The notes: generated by a model not told the origin, from the sequence alone. 30,383 nucleotides of DNA from a virus (IMGVR_UViG_3300025608_000066:1-30383), one strand, 5' to 3'; shown: positions 9,443 through 18,995, counted from the stretch's first letter. Made by a program: numbers and translations.

Positions 9443-9855
9443 CAGACACTAACCTATTTATTGTACCAACGAACCATATTCATCAATTTTGGCATCTAGC
9501 TGAAAAACATTTACAACGAGCAATAGATGAAGGTAACGGTGAATTTACTATAGACCAGTTACGACAGTTCGTATCACAAGGACAGTCAGACTTATTATTA
9601 ATTATGGATAAAGATAAGCAGTGTCACTGTGCATTTACCGTACAGTGGATTAACTATCCTAATGACAGAGTTGCTTATATTACATATCTAGGCGGTAGGA
9701 CAAACCCTACTGCATGGGAACAATTTGTAATATGGGTAAAGAATAACGGTGGAACTAGAATACAAGGTTCTACTGCTAAAGAATCAATCGTCAGATTATG
9801 GCGAATGAAATGGGGCATGAAACCTAAATATACACTAATGGAGCTTGAATTATGA
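9439..9855 (+). CDS. Virion assembly protein, possible GNAT-like fold
   Basis: Directly precedes the ejection genes, as P22 gp14 and T7 gp13 do. Alpha/beta pattern. Function inferred from position. Confidence 0.4.
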   Translation: MTDTNLFIVPTNHIHQFWHLAEKHLQRAIDEGNGEFTIDQLRQFVSQGQSDLLLIMDKDKQCHCAFTVQWINYPNDRVAYITYLGGRTNPTAWEQFVIWVKNNGGTRIQGSTAKESIVRLWRMKWGMKPKYTLMELEL

Positions 9856-10649
9856 CTTTTTTGAAAATCTTTAAAACCTTGTTTGGACTAAATCCAGATG
9901 CGTTTACTTTTTATGGTGGTGGTGGTGGAGGTGGTAGTAAAACTGAAACCAAGCAACAGCTAGACCCTACTGTTAGACCTTTTGTTGAGTACGGTTTACA
10001 AGAAGCTAAACAGTTATATCAAACAGATACTCCATCTTATTATCCTTATCAAACTTATGTAGACCCAAGCCAACAAACACAGTCTGCATTACAGGCAGCA
10101 CAAAATAGAGCTATGGCAGGTAGTCCATTAGTACCAGCCGCTCAACAACAACAGTTGTCTACGATACAAGGTCAAAATTTAGGTCTGAATCCATTCTTTT
10201 CTAACGCATTGCAAGGTGCTGCAGGTGTAGCTACAACACAGTTCCAAGACGCTCTAAAAGACATTGCATCACAAAGCTCACAAGCTGGTCGTTACGGATC
10301 TGGTGCTATGGCAGACTTACAGTCTCGTGCATCTAAAAATTTAGCTGATACTCTTACAAATAAAGCTGGCGAACTTGCTTATCAAAACTATGCTGCTGAA
10401 AGAGGTGCTCAAGAAAGAGCTATTGCAAGTGCTCCACAAATGGCACAGGCCGACTACGCAGATATTCAACAGTTACTCAATGTAGGGCAAACAGCAGAGG
10501 ATTATCAAAAACAAGCACTGGAGTCAGATATTGCTAGATTTGAGTTTGAGGAAAACAAACCTTACACTAAACTACAGTCTTACTTATCTGCTGCATACGG
10601 TGCTCCTATGGGTCAAGTGACTACAAGTAAATCGTCAGGAGGGAAGTAA
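9852..10649 (+). CDS. Internal virion / DNA ejection protein
   Basis: Gln/Ala-rich helical protein with a short leader followed by poly-Gly. Ends in GGK. Confidence 0.6.
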   Translation: MTFLKIFKTLFGLNPDAFTFYGGGGGGGSKTETKQQLDPTVRPFVEYGLQEAKQLYQTDTPSYYPYQTYVDPSQQTQSALQAAQNRAMAGSPLVPAAQQQQLSTIQGQNLGLNPFFSNALQGAAGVATTQFQDALKDIASQSSQAGRYGSGAMADLQSRASKNLADTLTNKAGELAYQNYAAERGAQERAIASAPQMAQADYADIQQLLNVGQTAEDYQKQALESDIARFEFEENKPYTKLQSYLSAAYGAPMGQVTTSKSSGGK

Positions 10650-11401
10650 TGGGTGCTCCAGTATTAATAGGTGCAGGTATAGGTGCTGCTACATCTTTAG
10701 CTTCAGGTGGCAATCCATTACAAGGTGCTTTATTAGGTGGTATTGGTGGTGGTACATTTGGTGGATCAGGTGCATTAGGATCTGGTTTTACAGAAGGCGG
10801 TTTATTTAGTTTAGGTTCTGGTTTAACAGGTGCAGGAACTGTAGCAACATCAACTCCAACATTAGGTGGTTTAGCATTAGAAGGGGCTACAACTGGTGCT
10901 GTAGGTGGTGCATTATCAGGTGGTGGTGCAGGTGCTGTTTCAGGTGCTACAGCTAGCCCATACGCTTTTGGTAATAACGCACTAGAAGTAACAGGCAATA
11001 CAGTTAATCCTGCTTTAATTGGATCATCTGCTGGCGGTCAAATACCATTTACTGGTGTAGATAAAGCAATAGATGCAGTAACACCTAGTGGCGGATTTGA
11101 TCCAGATGGTAACTTTTTAACTGATATGTTTAGAAGAGACCCAGTAGGATCATCAATGTTAGGTATGTCTGCAGCACAAAACATAATGAATCCTACAGGT
11201 GCAGGAGTGCCACAACCAAATGTTGGTTCTATTCGTGCAGGATCAATTGATCCAACACCTGACAAGCCAGTCAATGTATTGAGTCCAGCAGACTACGGTA
11301 CAGATTTGGCAACAGATGAAATTGGTGTGACAGGCGATATATATTCAGTATTTCCAGAACGACTAAAAGGTTTTGGTGGTCGTGGAATGTTTTATAGATA
11401 A
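10649..11401 (+). CDS. Internal virion / DNA ejection (pilot) protein
   Basis: Gly/Ala hydrophobic N-terminus with glycine-zipper-like pattern. Coupled to the previous gene. Confidence 0.55.
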   Translation: MGAPVLIGAGIGAATSLASGGNPLQGALLGGIGGGTFGGSGALGSGFTEGGLFSLGSGLTGAGTVATSTPTLGGLALEGATTGAVGGALSGGGAGAVSGATASPYAFGNNALEVTGNTVNPALIGSSAGGQIPFTGVDKAIDAVTPSGGFDPDGNFLTDMFRRDPVGSSMLGMSAAQNIMNPTGAGVPQPNVGSIRAGSIDPTPDKPVNVLSPADYGTDLATDEIGVTGDIYSVFPERLKGFGGRGMFYR

Positions 11402-11411
11402 GGAAAAAAAT

Positions 11412-12563
11412 ATGTTATACGGATTATTAGATGATGATTTTAATCTTTTTGGTGGCGGTATTGCTAATTCTTTACTTACACCAGATCAAGCATCACAGCT
11501 TAAAAATCAAGCATTAAAAACAGCAGGTTTAACTACAGCATTAAGTTATTTAGCACAGCCTAAAAATAGAAATGTTGGTAGTGTTATTCCTTATGCTGCA
11601 CAAGCTGGATTACAAGGTTTTGGTGCTGGTCAAAATATGTACAATATGGGATTAGGTTCCGTATTACGAAACAAAACATTACAAGCAGCATTAGGTAGCA
11701 AAATTGATCCATTTTCTAAAGTTGATTTAAAAGACATTGATAGATCACGAACAACTCCTGAAGATATTAGTTATGCTAGAACAACAGGGGATATTTCAAA
11801 ACTTAAATTTAAAGACCAAATTAAAAATCTTTATCAAACTAGCCCAACGGAATTAGCTGATGGCAGTCAAGTTTTTTTACCCACACCAGAAGGAATGGCT
11901 CAAGGTAAAGTGCCGTTAACAACATCTAATCAACCTTATACTAAAGAAATTAAAGTTAAACCAAAAGCATTGACTGCTGACCAATCTGATTCTTTAGGTT
12001 TTGCTTCTAAAATGCAACTTGCTAACAATTCTTTTGAAAATCTTGTTAAGGAAGATGGGTCATTAAGTTACAGTCCTGCTCGTACAAACTTTAAAGGAGT
12101 TGTTGAAAAAGTCTGGGTAGTAGGAGATGCTGGTGCTGCTGCTCTTAACAAACTTAATTTAAGTGATGAAGATAAATTAGCAGTTCAATCACAAAGAAAC
12201 TTTATTAACTCAGTGTTGAGGAAAGAATCTGGTGCAGCTATTGCAGCTCATGAATTTACAAATGCACAGAGACAGTATTTTCCTGAAGTAGGCGATACAC
12301 CTCCAGTATTAAAACAAAAAGCCGATAATAGAAAAATTGCTATTGCTACTATGCAAGCTGCTGCTGGACAAGATCCTGAAGCAATGGACAAATTAAATGC
12401 ACTACAAACACAATTAACAACTAAAGTAGAAGATTCTCCATCTACAGCAAAAGAAGTAGAACAACAAACTGCTCAATCACAAACCGCCTATATTGGCAAT
12501 AGAAAAATTATTGTAAAAGACAATCAATGGGTATTTGCAGATACAGGTGAATCAGTAAATTAA
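11412..12563 (+). CDS. Internal virion / DNA ejection protein
   Basis: ATG at 11412 follows RBS AAGGA. Motif FINSVLRKESGAAI..EF..A..QYFP..GD. Confidence 0.6.
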   Translation: MLYGLLDDDFNLFGGGIANSLLTPDQASQLKNQALKTAGLTTALSYLAQPKNRNVGSVIPYAAQAGLQGFGAGQNMYNMGLGSVLRNKTLQAALGSKIDPFSKVDLKDIDRSRTTPEDISYARTTGDISKLKFKDQIKNLYQTSPTELADGSQVFLPTPEGMAQGKVPLTTSNQPYTKEIKVKPKALTADQSDSLGFASKMQLANNSFENLVKEDGSLSYSPARTNFKGVVEKVWVVGDAGAAALNKLNLSDEDKLAVQSQRNFINSVLRKESGAAIAAHEFTNAQRQYFPEVGDTPPVLKQKADNRKIAIATMQAAAGQDPEAMDKLNALQTQLTTKVEDSPSTAKEVEQQTAQSQTAYIGNRKIIVKDNQWVFADTGESVN

Positions 12564-12576
12564 TAAAGGAATATTG

Positions 12577-14649
12577 ATGACATTAAAACTTCCAGAAGGT
12601 GCAACACTTGAGCCTATAAATCCAACTGGCATTGCATTACCAGAAGGTGCAACATTACAACCTCAAACATCTATGTTAAGAGAAGGCCGTAGGCAGTTAG
12701 GATTAACAGGCAGGTATTTAGCAGAAGGTGCAGGTAGTATATTTGATCTACTAGCATCTCCTGTCAGGTCAGGTCTTAATGTTGCATTGCCAGAAAATAT
12801 GCAAATTCCTGAAATGTCTATTGGAAAATATGCTTCTGATGTTGTTGGGTTGCCAGAACCAAAAACTGGCTTAGAAAGAGTTGTTGGTGAAGCATCAAGG
12901 GGTTTGACTTCTGTTGGTACTACTGGCGGATTAGGAGCACTATTTAGACCACAATCTGTAACAGGGGGTGCTATAAAAAAAGCATTTACTGAAAGTATGC
13001 CAACTCAATTAGTTGCTGGTTCTGGAGCAGGTGCTACATCTCAGTTAGCAGAAGAGGCTGGTGCAGGTACTGGAGGGCAATTACTTGCAGGTTTAGCAGG
13101 GGGTCTGTCTGCACCGAGTATAGCAAGAAAATTACAAAAACCTACTAGCTCTATCAATAAAACAATATCGAATGTTATTAATAAATCTAACAGCCCTGTT
13201 GAAGTAAATCAAGCTGTTGATAATGTTCTAGAAAATACATTGAAAAACAATAATATTAAGTTTAGTGAATTAACTGATGATGTTATATCAACGGTTCGTG
13301 AAGATATTAAAAATGCTACTAAGGTAAACCCTAAAGTATCTAATGATGCACTTAAAAGATTAGTTGATTATAGAATTACTGGTGCAACACCAAAACAAGG
13401 TACTATTACTTTAGACCCAGCTAAAATAACACAAGAAAAAAATCTTGCTAAATTAGGAGCAAATAGTCAAGATCCAAATGCTCAAAGATTATCTCAAATA
13501 GAAGCTGAAAATAATGCTATTTTAGTTAGAAACATGAATGAGTTAGGTGCAAAAAATGCTGTTGAGCCACAACAAGCTAGTGCCATACTATATAATAAAT
13601 TTCAAAATATAGCAGATAACAACAAGCAAATTATTAGTGACTTATACAATAAAGTCAAAGACAATCAAGGAAGATTTGCAAAGTTTGATAGTAACACTTT
13701 TGTAAGTAAAACTCGAAAAGATTTAATTGATCAAGCAGAAGAATTAAATGTACCAGCTTATTTTACACAGAGAATTAAACAAATTGAAGATGGAGTGTTT
13801 GATCTAAATGTGTCAACATCTGCTCAATTAAAAAGTCAAGCAGCAAAAATCTTAAGAAGCGATGCAGACGGCAATACAAAAAAAGCAGTAAGTATTATTA
13901 GGCAAAATTTAGATGATGCAACTTTATTACCAAATCAAGGGCTTGGCAAAGAAGCACTAGAAGCAGAAAAAGCCGCACGAAAATATACATATCAATATAA
14001 ACAACTTGAAGATTCAGTGCCTGCATTAAAATACATAGCAGATAAAAAATCTATTGATACATTTTTTAACAAAAATATTTTAAATGTTGATACAGCACAA
14101 TTAAAAAGAACATTAGAGCAATCTGATAATGCAACACGACGGGTAATTAAAAACAATGTATTAGGTCACCTAAAATCTAAAGCGACTAATAATGCACCAG
14201 ATGAGGTTGCATTAATTAGTGGTGCAAATTTAGATAAAGCATTAAAATCATTAGGAACAGATAAATTAAAATTATTATTTAATAAAAAAGAAATTGCACA
14301 ATTAAAAGCTGTTGCAAATGTTTCTAGATATGAACAATTCATACCAAGAGGTGCTGCTGTTAATGTATCAAATACTGCTTCTGGTTTGTATAATATATTA
14401 GAAAGAGCAGGACAGTCAGCATTGCTAGGTAAAATACCATTAGGCAGGTCTTTAGTTGGTGAGCCAGCACAAAATATTGTTTTATCTAATCAAGCAAGAC
14501 AAGCACAAGATGTTAGTAAGTCATTAGGATTAGCATCAGAATTACCTACAACTAAAACAAGAAGTTTGTTATCACCTTACACAGTTCCTTTAATGTCAGA
14601 AGAAGAAATACCTACTATCAATATTGTCGGTGGACAATACCCTAGATGA
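12577..14649 (+). CDS. Large internal virion / DNA ejection protein
   Basis: 690 aa, helical, with Gly/Ala hydrophobic segments and a duplicated LPEGATL at the N-terminus. Last gene of the structural block. Confidence 0.6.
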   Translation: MTLKLPEGATLEPINPTGIALPEGATLQPQTSMLREGRRQLGLTGRYLAEGAGSIFDLLASPVRSGLNVALPENMQIPEMSIGKYASDVVGLPEPKTGLERVVGEASRGLTSVGTTGGLGALFRPQSVTGGAIKKAFTESMPTQLVAGSGAGATSQLAEEAGAGTGGQLLAGLAGGLSAPSIARKLQKPTSSINKTISNVINKSNSPVEVNQAVDNVLENTLKNNNIKFSELTDDVISTVREDIKNATKVNPKVSNDALKRLVDYRITGATPKQGTITLDPAKITQEKNLAKLGANSQDPNAQRLSQIEAENNAILVRNMNELGAKNAVEPQQASAILYNKFQNIADNNKQIISDLYNKVKDNQGRFAKFDSNTFVSKTRKDLIDQAEELNVPAYFTQRIKQIEDGVFDLNVSTSAQLKSQAAKILRSDADGNTKKAVSIIRQNLDDATLLPNQGLGKEALEAEKAARKYTYQYKQLEDSVPALKYIADKKSIDTFFNKNILNVDTAQLKRTLEQSDNATRRVIKNNVLGHLKSKATNNAPDEVALISGANLDKALKSLGTDKLKLLFNKKEIAQLKAVANVSRYEQFIPRGAAVNVSNTASGLYNILERAGQSALLGKIPLGRSLVGEPAQNIVLSNQARQAQDVSKSLGLASELPTTKTRSLLSPYTVPLMSEEEIPTINIVGGQYPR

Positions 14650-14709
14650 TATGGCACGAACTAAAACTACCACCTATAAACTTGTACAACGCACCAAGAA
14701 AGGAAACAA

Positions 14710-14874
14710 ATGGAAGTAGATCACACCGAAGCTAGGCTCAACACGCATGAAGCCATATGCAAAGAAAGATACGAGTCTATCTGTGCCAGACTATCACGAT
14801 TAGAAAAAATAATGATAGCTATGACAGGTGGTATTCTGTTTGTTCTTATTCACATTGCATTAAAAATGGCATGA
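14710..14874 (+). CDS. Small membrane protein, XhlA/holin-like, 54 aa (not in ORF track)
   Basis: RBS AAGGA. MEVDHTEARLNTHEAICKERYESICARLSRLEK followed by one C-terminal TM helix. Confidence 0.65.
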   Translation: MEVDHTEARLNTHEAICKERYESICARLSRLEKIMIAMTGGILFVLIHIALKMA

Positions 14875-15344
14875 ATAGATTAAGTGCATTAATCGTTTCT
14901 GTATTACTTGTATTACTATTCTTTGTACATTATGGATATGCTGCGGATACGACTATCAGATATTCTGGAATGCCTGTTGCCTCAAGTATGGCACCAAGCA
15001 TAAGTGCTTTTAGTAATGACATGTGTAAGTCTGGCGTTTCAGGTGGAGCTAATACAGGCGTTATTTCTATCAGTGGCGGAGCTACTATAACCGATGAGAA
15101 CTGTGAGCGTATTAAGCTATCTAAAGTATTAAATGATTTAGGCTTAAAAGTTGCAGCCGTAGGCGTTTTGTGCCAAGATGAACGAGTATTTGAAGCAATG
15201 TTACAGGCAGGAAGTGCTTGTCCTATAAATGGTGCTATCGGTGATGCTGCAATGATGGCATGGTTTGAACTTAAACCTGAGATATTTGCGAGGTTATATG
15301 GCAAGGATTGGACTCCTCCTACTATCACTTATCCTATGGAGTAA
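14871..15344 (+). CDS. Exported protein with signal peptide and 4 Cys
   Basis: True start is probably MNRLSALIV (ATGA overlap). Hydrophobic signal ends GYA/A. Confidence 0.65.
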   Translation: MNRLSALIVSVLLVLLFFVHYGYAADTTIRYSGMPVASSMAPSISAFSNDMCKSGVSGGANTGVISISGGATITDENCERIKLSKVLNDLGLKVAAVGVLCQDERVFEAMLQAGSACPINGAIGDAAMMAWFELKPEIFARLYGKDWTPPTITYPME

Positions 15345-16317
15345 TGCGTATGCGTGGTATTGTAATTACACACCTGACTCAAATGGTTTTATGGTTGAAG
15401 ACTCGCTTGTATGCAATGGCATTGACAATGAAACAGCTGTTAAAGATTTTTGGTGCGTATCTTATAGACCAGATGACCCTATTTGTACACAGTTTATCGA
15501 ACCTATTTGTGTGGATAGTATCGAATATATTACTGAAACTTGTCCCCCAAATCATTCAGGTGGAATACAAAAGGCTAGAACTTTTATTTGTCAACAAGCA
15601 AGCTGGACAGATTGGCAAGTTACTTCTAATAACTGTACCCCTAACCCTCCTACTTGTATTAGTTCATCTGATTCTAGGAATATGGCGTGTCCTAGTGGCT
15701 ATGATGGTCAAATTATTGAAACGAGGATAGGTAATTGTCCAGACCCTTACGGAGAAATACAGTTTACCGAATGGTTAGAAAGTACAAATACTTGCGTGCA
15801 AAGCACAACGGATCCTATATCGCCAATATCAGTAACGAGTCCTACAAACCCTGTATCACCAATCCAAATAGAGTCTGTAACTGTACCGATAATAGATGTA
15901 CCGCAGACGAATAACGAGCCTACTATAGAATCACTCGTCAGCGAAGAACTCAACGATAGCGTTGAGGAAGTCAAGGATGTGAGTACAGAGGATAGTCAGT
16001 CCACCGACAGCAAAGATAAGCAAGATGACAACGGGAAGAACGATAACGGAAAGAATAGGAAAGATACACCTATCGATAGTCCTAAAGAAATTGTTCATGG
16101 ATTTGGCCTTGTCCTTTCACTAGAAATATTAAATAAACCAATGGAGTTTTATCAACCTCCACTAGAAGACCTATTTACTATCATACAGGAGTTTCCAGTA
16201 AATGCAGATACCAGAGAGTTTCAACTTGACCTTCTCAAGCAAGACCATATCCAAAATTATTATGATTCTATTTCCAATCATACTTGGGAGCGGATACGGA
16301 GCCGTAGTATTTATTGA
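15298..16317 (+). CDS. Exported Cys-rich repeat protein
   Basis: RBS GAGG. Signal MARIGLLLLSLILWSNAYA, 12 Cys, two tandem 4-Cys repeats and an acidic linker. Confidence 0.7.
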   Translation: MARIGLLLLSLILWSNAYAWYCNYTPDSNGFMVEDSLVCNGIDNETAVKDFWCVSYRPDDPICTQFIEPICVDSIEYITETCPPNHSGGIQKARTFICQQASWTDWQVTSNNCTPNPPTCISSSDSRNMACPSGYDGQIIETRIGNCPDPYGEIQFTEWLESTNTCVQSTTDPISPISVTSPTNPVSPIQIESVTVPIIDVPQTNNEPTIESLVSEELNDSVEEVKDVSTEDSQSTDSKDKQDDNGKNDNGKNRKDTPIDSPKEIVHGFGLVLSLEILNKPMEFYQPPLEDLFTIIQEFPVNADTREFQLDLLKQDHIQNYYDSISNHTWERIRSRSIY

Positions 16318-16630
16318 GAAGATGAATAAAACAATAGCTGCTACAGGAAAGTTTACGGTTATTGAAGATGATATTAGCTCATTAAAATTACAATTAAATA
16401 CTATAAAAGAAAGACAGTTAGAAGGATTAGATGCAAACATTAGATTACAAAACAAGGCAAGTGATGCTTATGTGCTATCAAAAGAAGCTAGTGCAATTAG
16501 TAAATCAACGCAAAGAGAGCTTGAAGCTTCCACTGCAAACATGAAATCAGAAGTAGATACTGCATTAAAAGCAGTCAATGAAAAATTAGATGTTATTAAA
16601 AGAGCAACAACTAATCCACTAGGGAGATAA
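16202..16630 (+). CDS. Membrane-anchored coiled-coil protein (i-spanin-like topology)
   Basis: RBS AGGAG. N-terminal TM IIMILFPIILGSGYGAVVFI, then a long heptad helix ending NPLGR. Confidence 0.55.
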   Translation: MQIPESFNLTFSSKTISKIIMILFPIILGSGYGAVVFIEKMNKTIAATGKFTVIEDDISSLKLQLNTIKERQLEGLDANIRLQNKASDAYVLSKEASAISKSTQRELEASTANMKSEVDTALKAVNEKLDVIKRATTNPLGR

Positions 16631-16631
16631 A

Positions 16632-17030
16632 ATGGTTTGGACAGCATTAATTGGCCCAGTAGCAGGGTTACTAGATAAGTTTATTGAAGACAAAGATCAG
16701 AAGAATAAGTTAGCACATGAGATTGCTACAATTTCTGAGAAACACGCACAGGAACTAGCTAAAGGCCAGCTAGAAGTTAACAAGGTAGAAGCTGCACATC
16801 GTTCACCTTTGGTTGCTGGTTGGAGACCTTTTATAGGATGGGTTTGTGGTATTGCATTGGCATGGCACTTTGTATTATCGCCTGTTATAATATTCATAGC
16901 AGCGTTGTGCAATATAACATTACCTGCATTACCAGAATTTGATATGGGATCTTTAATGACTGTATTAATGGGAATGTTAGGTCTAGGAGGTTTGAGAAGC
17001 TTTGAGAAGGCTAAAGGATTAACTAAATGA
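16632..17030 (+). CDS. Holin, GTA-type 3TM family
   Basis: AGWRPFIGWVCG and MLGLGGLRSFEK.KG signature. Directly upstream of the endolysin. Confidence 0.85.
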   Translation: MVWTALIGPVAGLLDKFIEDKDQKNKLAHEIATISEKHAQELAKGQLEVNKVEAAHRSPLVAGWRPFIGWVCGIALAWHFVLSPVIIFIAALCNITLPALPEFDMGSLMTVLMGMLGLGGLRSFEKAKGLTK

Positions 17031-17455
17031 GATTATCCCCACATTTCAGCTTGGAAGAGCTGACACATTCCGATACAGCTACAAGATTAGGTATTGATAA
17101 TACACCTACAGCAGAAATAATTGATAACTTAACTTTTTTAGCGAAAGAATTAGAATATGTTCGAGATATACTTAATACTCCTATGCTTATTAGCAGTGGC
17201 TTCCGTTGCTATGCTCTCAACGATCATTTGGGAAGCAAGCGAACTTCTAGCCACACGAAAGGTTTGGCGGTTGATTTTATCAGCCCTAGTTTTGGCAATC
17301 CCCGCAGCATTTGCGATGCTATCATCTTAGCTAATATCAACTATGATCAATTAATATTAGAATATGATAGGTGGGTTCATTTGTCATTCAGGCAAGAAGA
17401 CCCAAGAAAAGAAGCTTTAATTATTAATAAACAAGGAACACAGTTGTTTAAATAG
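17027..17455 (+). CDS. Endolysin, peptidase M15A family
   Basis: LSPHFSLEE, ISSGFRC, SSHTKGLAVD and WVHLS Zn-peptidase motifs. Confidence 0.9.
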   Translation: MRLSPHFSLEELTHSDTATRLGIDNTPTAEIIDNLTFLAKELEYVRDILNTPMLISSGFRCYALNDHLGSKRTSSHTKGLAVDFISPSFGNPRSICDAIILANINYDQLILEYDRWVHLSFRQEDPRKEALIINKQGTQLFK

Positions 17456-17457
17456 TT

Positions 17458-18159
17458 ATGAATAACTCAGTATTAGTAATATCTGATTTACATATACCGT
17501 ATCATCACCAAGATGCTTTTGATTTCTTAAAAGCGTTAAAGAAGAAGTATAAATTTGATATGGTTGTAAATATTGGTGATGAATGTGATCAGCACGCAAT
17601 TAGTATGCATGAACATAATCCAGATCTAATGTCAGCAGGTGATGAGCTTAGGAAGTCTAAACAATACATTCAAGATTTAGAAAAGATATTTCCTAGGATG
17701 ACCCTAGTACATTCCAATCACTCATCATTAGTTTATCGCAGAGCGTTAAAGTATGGTCTACCTAAAGACTATCTAAAATCTTACAACGAGTTTTTAGGTG
17801 TAGGTAAAGGATGGGAGTGGGTAGATGATTTAACTATTACATTATCCGATGGATCAAAATGTTTCTTTACTCATGGGATGTCAGCCGATGTACTAAAAGT
17901 TGCACAACAATACGGCATGAATACGGTTCAGGGCCATTATCATACTAAATTCAACATAGGTTACTACTCTAACCCAGAGTCTTTAATTTGGGGGATGCAA
18001 GTAGGATGTCTCATTAATCAAAAGTCTATGGCATTTGACTACGCCAAAAACTTTAAGTCTAGGTTTATTGTTGGCTGTGGAATAATTATTAATGGCCAGC
18101 CAAAATTAGTTCCAATGATCTTGGATAGAAATGGTCGCTGGAATCAGAAGATTTTATAA
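17458..18159 (+). CDS. Calcineurin-like metallophosphoesterase
   Basis: DLH, GDECD, SNH, THG and GHYH motifs. Confidence 0.85.
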   Translation: MNNSVLVISDLHIPYHHQDAFDFLKALKKKYKFDMVVNIGDECDQHAISMHEHNPDLMSAGDELRKSKQYIQDLEKIFPRMTLVHSNHSSLVYRRALKYGLPKDYLKSYNEFLGVGKGWEWVDDLTITLSDGSKCFFTHGMSADVLKVAQQYGMNTVQGHYHTKFNIGYYSNPESLIWGMQVGCLINQKSMAFDYAKNFKSRFIVGCGIIINGQPKLVPMILDRNGRWNQKIL

Positions 18160-18175
18160 TACAACAAGGGCTGCT

Positions 18176-18337
18176 ATGGAAATAGATGAGATAGGTGAAT
18201 TAATGGTTGGTAAAACCATTGAGGAAGTAAATATTGTGTACGGTGAGGATGTATTGGTTATTTACCTAAGCTGTGGATCTTCAATAGAAATAGTAGTAGA
18301 TTCTATATACGCTGACATTCCAGATCTAGATGATTAA
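18176..18337 (+). CDS. Small acidic hypothetical protein
   Basis: Probable start MEIDEIG. Overlaps the next gene. Confidence 0.5.
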   Translation: MEIDEIGELMVGKTIEEVNIVYGEDVLVIYLSCGSSIEIVVDSIYADIPDLDD

Positions 18338-18539
18338 AAATAAGCGTGTCATGACGCTGCCTGACGGCTTTGAGTGCGATAATTACTCTCAGGAATACCA
18401 AAGGTACTGTGAAGCATTAAACCTCTCTAAAAAGCCCTTAAATAAGCGACAAGAATGGCTATTAAAACTAAAAGATAACGAAAGGGTAGAGCAATTAAAA
18501 TACTGGCTGCAAATCATCTGGGGAAAAAAGAACAACTAG
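18330..18539 (+). CDS. Hypothetical protein
   Basis: SQEYQRYCEA...RQEWL. Last gene of the rightward block. Confidence 0.55.
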   Translation: MIKNKRVMTLPDGFECDNYSQEYQRYCEALNLSKKPLNKRQEWLLKLKDNERVEQLKYWLQIIWGKKNN

Positions 18540-18645
18540 ATATAAATCCACTAACTTTTGTTAATGCAATTATTGGAACAACTTTACCCATATACTTTTA
18601 TTACACAAGCGAAATACTATGTTTTTTTATGTGTTTATTTCACCA

Positions 18646-18708
18646 CTAACCTAGCAACAACATAATAAGAAAACATATACCAACTGCAATAGCTTCTTCT
18701 AAGTTCAT
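18646..18708 (-). CDS. 20-aa hydrophobic micropeptide (putative)
   Basis: MNLEEAIAVGICFLIMLLLG. RBS GAGGA, starting right after the upstream stop. Confidence 0.35.
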   Translation of the reverse strand: MNLEEAIAVGICFLIMLLLG

Positions 18709-18709
18709 A

Positions 18710-18862
18710 TTATTCCTCAAAAATAATTTTATTATCTGGAAACATCTTATATGGTTTTAATGTAATAGAGTCTATTACCTCAATACGGATACTGCCATCA
18801 CCTTCTTTAAATACAGATAGGTCATAGTGGGTTCCATCAATTATCAGTTTTCTTGTTTTCAT
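18710..18862 (-). CDS. Small hypothetical protein, 50 aa
   Basis: MKTRKLIIDGTHYDLSVFKEGDGSIRIEV... Tiles the leftward operon. Confidence 0.55.
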   Translation of the reverse strand: MKTRKLIIDGTHYDLSVFKEGDGSIRIEVIDSITLKPYKMFPDNKIIFEE

Positions 18863-18995
18863 TGCAATATCCATGTGCTGCTAAGTTAATGTGGCACCAC
18901 CACTTTTGACGATCATAAAACTTTGCTGGCTTGCCACAGCTTGAGCAAACTTGGCCAAAAGTATTTTGGGTGGTGTATTTTTTTTTAGTCTTCAT
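18837..18995 (-). CDS. Small Zn-finger-like protein, 52 aa
   Basis: CSSCGKPA...WWC...H..C. Confidence 0.55.
   Translation of the reverse strand: MKTKKKYTTQNTFGQVCSSCGKPAKFYDRQKWWCHINLAAHGYCNENKKTDN

Noticed and set aside
12592-12655. 15-bp direct repeat CCAGAAGGTGCAACA
   Set aside because: It encodes the duplicated LPEGATL peptide, so it is a protein-level repeat.
14651-14719. 22-aa ORF starting MARTK, like histone H3
   Set aside because: Only five residues match and there is no clear RBS. Probably chance.
14757-14870. N-terminal extension of ORF 14757
   Set aside because: It overlaps the better supported 14710-14874 gene, and the signal peptide starts at 14871.
15308-15730. Nested +1 ORF as an embedded o-spanin
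   Set aside because: No lipobox or Cys in its translation. The Leu-rich composition is typical of an off-frame read.
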